From assembly GCA_964016885.1 (NCBI GenBank), contig OZ024758.1:32488001-32552000 (forward strand): a stretch of DNA of 64,000 nt, written 5' to 3'. The notes beneath the pieces were generated by a model, which was given only the letters and a program-made list of their open reading frames with translations, ran no database searches and had not been told where the DNA came from. Numbering within the stretch: the stretch's first letter is position 1; every line of letters starts with the position of its first letter. Both the position numbers and the translations under genes were made by a program. Below are positions 61,370 through 64,000 of the stretch, one piece after another. Source of the stretch: Eledone cirrhosa (Eukaryota).

Positions 61370-61833
61370 ACACACCCCCGTCCCACCACCTCCACCCCAC
61401 CCACACCGCCCCTTTCAATGTAAAGTTATGTTGGTCCCACAACATCCAGGCCGAAACAAATGAGATCGTGTAGGTGTCACGACAAAAAACACACAGTCCA
61501 CGCTGTAAATGTGGCCGTGTAGGCAACACGGTAAAAACCTCCCAGCCCCACACTGTAAATGTGGTTGGTGTTAGGAAGGGCATCCAGCTGTAGAAAACCC
61601 GCCAGACAGTCCACGCTGTAATGTGGCCGTGTAGGCAACACGGTAAAAACCTCCCAGCCCCACACTGTAAATGTGGTTGGTGTTAGGAAGGGCATCCAAC
61701 TGTAGAAAACCCGCCAGACAGTCCTATGCGAGCAAGACAACCACTCTTGCCTCAAGTGGGAAAACCCCCGTCCAAACCCATGCAAGCGTGGAACACGGAC
61801 GCTAAACCTGATGATGATGATGATGATGATGAT
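61370..61833 (+). mobile_element. SINE with RTE-derived tail and an internal tandem duplication of about 113 bp
   Basis: An ACAGTCC-bounded segment (61493-61605) is repeated at 61606-61717; (GAT)n tail. Confidence 0.85.
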
Positions 61834-61921
61834 ATATATATATATACATATATACCATATAAAACCACAAGGAGGAAGCAAAGAGGCAGTACAAAGTTGC
61901 ATGCTGGAGAGTGGGGGTGGG

Positions 61922-61956
61922 GGACGACGTTTCGGGCATTAGCCCTTCATCAGGAG
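61922..61956 (-). ncRNA. Penelope-type hammerhead-like motif
   Basis: Minus strand: CTC-CTGATGA-A-GGGC(TAAT)GCCC-GAAAC-GTC-GTC; stem I not formed. Confidence 0.5.
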
Positions 61957-62473
61957 AAAAGTGGGCATGAAAAGAGTTCCGAGGGTGTGAGGGGGGAATG
62001 GTGGAATGACATTAAAAGGGGACGAGAAAGAAGGGAGGGAAAACATTTTTTTAGAGGGTAAAAAAATTAAAATGAAACATGTGGTGAAAGGGTGTGAGGT
62101 GGGTGGATGGAGGGGGAGAGGGGGACATGGGGTCCGAGCTGGGAGGGCTGAAGGTGGTGTGTGTATGTGTGTGTGGATGTGAGAGTTGGGGGAAGAAAGA
62201 GGTTCTACGTTCGTGTAATAGGGAAACCGGTGTACATGGGGCGGGGTGTAAGTCAGTGTGTGTGTGTGCATGTGGATGGAGAGGGGATAGAGGGGTGGGG
62301 AGAGGGGGCGTGTGGAGTCCAGAAGCTGAGTGTGTGTATGTGAGGATACGCACATGTGTGTATTTTTGTGTGGTGTGGATGTATGGTTGCGTGGTGCGAA
62401 AATAGTGTAAGTGTTTGTGTGTGATCCTGGATGTTTTTCCATGGACTGTAGGAACGGATGTTGAAAATTCCGA

Positions 62474-64000
62474 GTGTAGCAGGGTGGATGCCTGGAGCGG
62501 TGGAGCAGGGTGGGTGCCTGGAGCGGTGGAGCAGGGTGGGTGCCTGGAGCGGTGGAGCAGGGTGGGTGCCTGGAGCGGTGGAGCAGGGTGGGTGCCTGGA
62601 GCGGTGTAGCAGGGTGGATGCCTGGAGCGGTGGAGCAGGGTGGATGCCTGGAGCGGTGGAGCAGGGTGGGTGCCTGGAGCGGTGTAGCAGGGTGGATGCC
62701 TGGAGCGGTGGAGCAGGGTGGATGCCTGGAGCGGTGTAGCAGGGTGGATGCCTGGAGCGGTGGAGCAGGGTGGATGCCTGGAGCGGTGTAGCAGGGTGGA
62801 TGCCTGGAGCGGTGGAGCAGGGTGGATGCCTGGAGCGGTGTAGCAGGGTGGATGCCTAGAGCGGTGGAGCAGGGTGGATGCCTGGAGCGGTGGAGCAGGG
62901 TGGATGCCTGGAGCGGTGGAGCAGGGTGGATGCCTGGAGCGGTGGAGCAGGGTGGATGCCTGGAGCGGTGGAGCAGGGTGGATGCCTGGAGCGGTGTAGC
63001 AGGGTGGATGCCTGGAGCGGTGGAGCAGGGTGGATGCCTGGAGCGGTGGAGCAGGGTGGATGCCTGGAGCGGTGGAGCAGGGTGGATGCCTAGAGCGGTG
63101 GAGCAGGGTGGATGCCTGGAGCGGTGTAGCAGGGTGGATGCCTGGAGCGGTGTAGCAGGGTGGATGCCTGGAGCGGTGGAGCAGGGTGGATGCCTGGAGC
63201 GGTGTAGCAGGGTGGATGCCTGGAGCGGTGGAGCAGGGTGGATGCCTGGAGCGGTGTAGCAGGGTGGATGCCTAGAGCGGTGGAGCAGGGTGGATGCCTG
63301 GAGCGGTGGAGCAGGGTGGATGCCTGGAGCGGTGGAGCAGGGTGGATGCCTGGAGCGGTGGAGCAGGGTGGATGCCTGGAGCGGTGGAGCAGGGTGGATG
63401 CCTGGAGCGGTGGAGCAGGGTGGATGCCTGGAGCGGTGTAGCAGGGTGGATGCCTGGAGCGGTGTAGCAGGGTGGATGCCTGGAGCGGTGGAGCAGGGTG
63501 GATGCCTGGAGCGGTGTAGCAGGGTGGATGCCTGGAGCGGTGGAGCAGGGTGGATGCCTGGAGCGGTGTAGCAGGGTGGATGCCTAGAGCGGTGGAGCAG
63601 GGTGGATGCCTGGAGCGGTGGAGCAGGGTGGATGCCTGGAGCGGTGGAGCAGGGTGGATGCCTGGAGCGGTGGAGCAGGGTGGATGCCTGGAGCGGTGGA
63701 GCAGGGTGGATGCCTGGAGCGGTGTAGCAGGGTGGATGCCTGGAGCGGTGGAGCAGGGTGGATGCCTGGAGCGGTGGAGCAGGGTGGATGCCTGGAGCGG
63801 TGGAGCAGGGTGGATGCCTAGAGCGGTGGAGCAGGGTGGATGCCTGGAGCGGTGTAGCAGGGTGGATGCCTGGAGCGGTGTAGCAGGGTGGATGCCTGGA
63901 GCGGTGGAGCAGGGTGGATGCCTGGAGCGGTGTAGCAGGGTGGATGCCTGGAGCGGTGGAGCAGGGTGGATGCCTGGAGCGGTGTAGCAGGGTGGATGCC
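62474..64000 (+). repeat. 26-bp G-rich satellite, at least 58 units, running off the window
   Basis: Unit GCAGGGTGGATGCCTGGAGCGGTG(G/T)A; the variant pattern repeats at 728 bp (28 units). Confidence 0.97.

Noticed and set aside
62415-63987. Gly/Trp-rich repeat ORFs; also considered as telomeric repeat
   Set aside because: The 26-bp unit cycles through frames with scattered TAG stops; it is not TTAGGG

Overview
AT-rich, gene-poor animal DNA made almost entirely of transposable elements and (TA)n/(CAT)n microsatellites. The SINE, LINE and Penelope repertoire looks octopus/cephalopod-like (inference from recalled families, not a database result). Coding remnants are all TE-derived: two CR1-group LINEs, a near full-length Tx1/L1 element (15.2-20.8 kb, minus), a full-length decayed RTE (41.9-45.0 kb) plus fragments, two Neptune-type Penelope GIY-YIG fragments, Helitron Rep/Pif1 deletion derivatives and a hAT (Charlie/SPIN-type) derivative with a perfect 8-bp TSD. 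The window ends in a 26-bp G-rich satellite. The most striking signal is non-coding. About ten minimal hammerhead-ribozyme (HHR) motifs occur, including two intact HHRs 468 nt apart in a retrozyme-like tandem unit at 59.3-60.2 kb. A series of near-perfect fold-back palindromes, several HHR-bearing, sits in (TA)n tracts. A kink-turn-like hairpin with a covarying outer stem is conserved directly upstream of a CUGANGA box in two divergent copies. Also notable are a piggyBac-type MITE family that amplifies an internal 60/66/72-bp minisatellite and an RTE-like family whose two copies both show twin-priming-type 5' inversions. Only one weak host-exon candidate was seen (53.3-53.4 kb, minus). Coordinates were counted by eye, so the ends of decayed elements are approximate.
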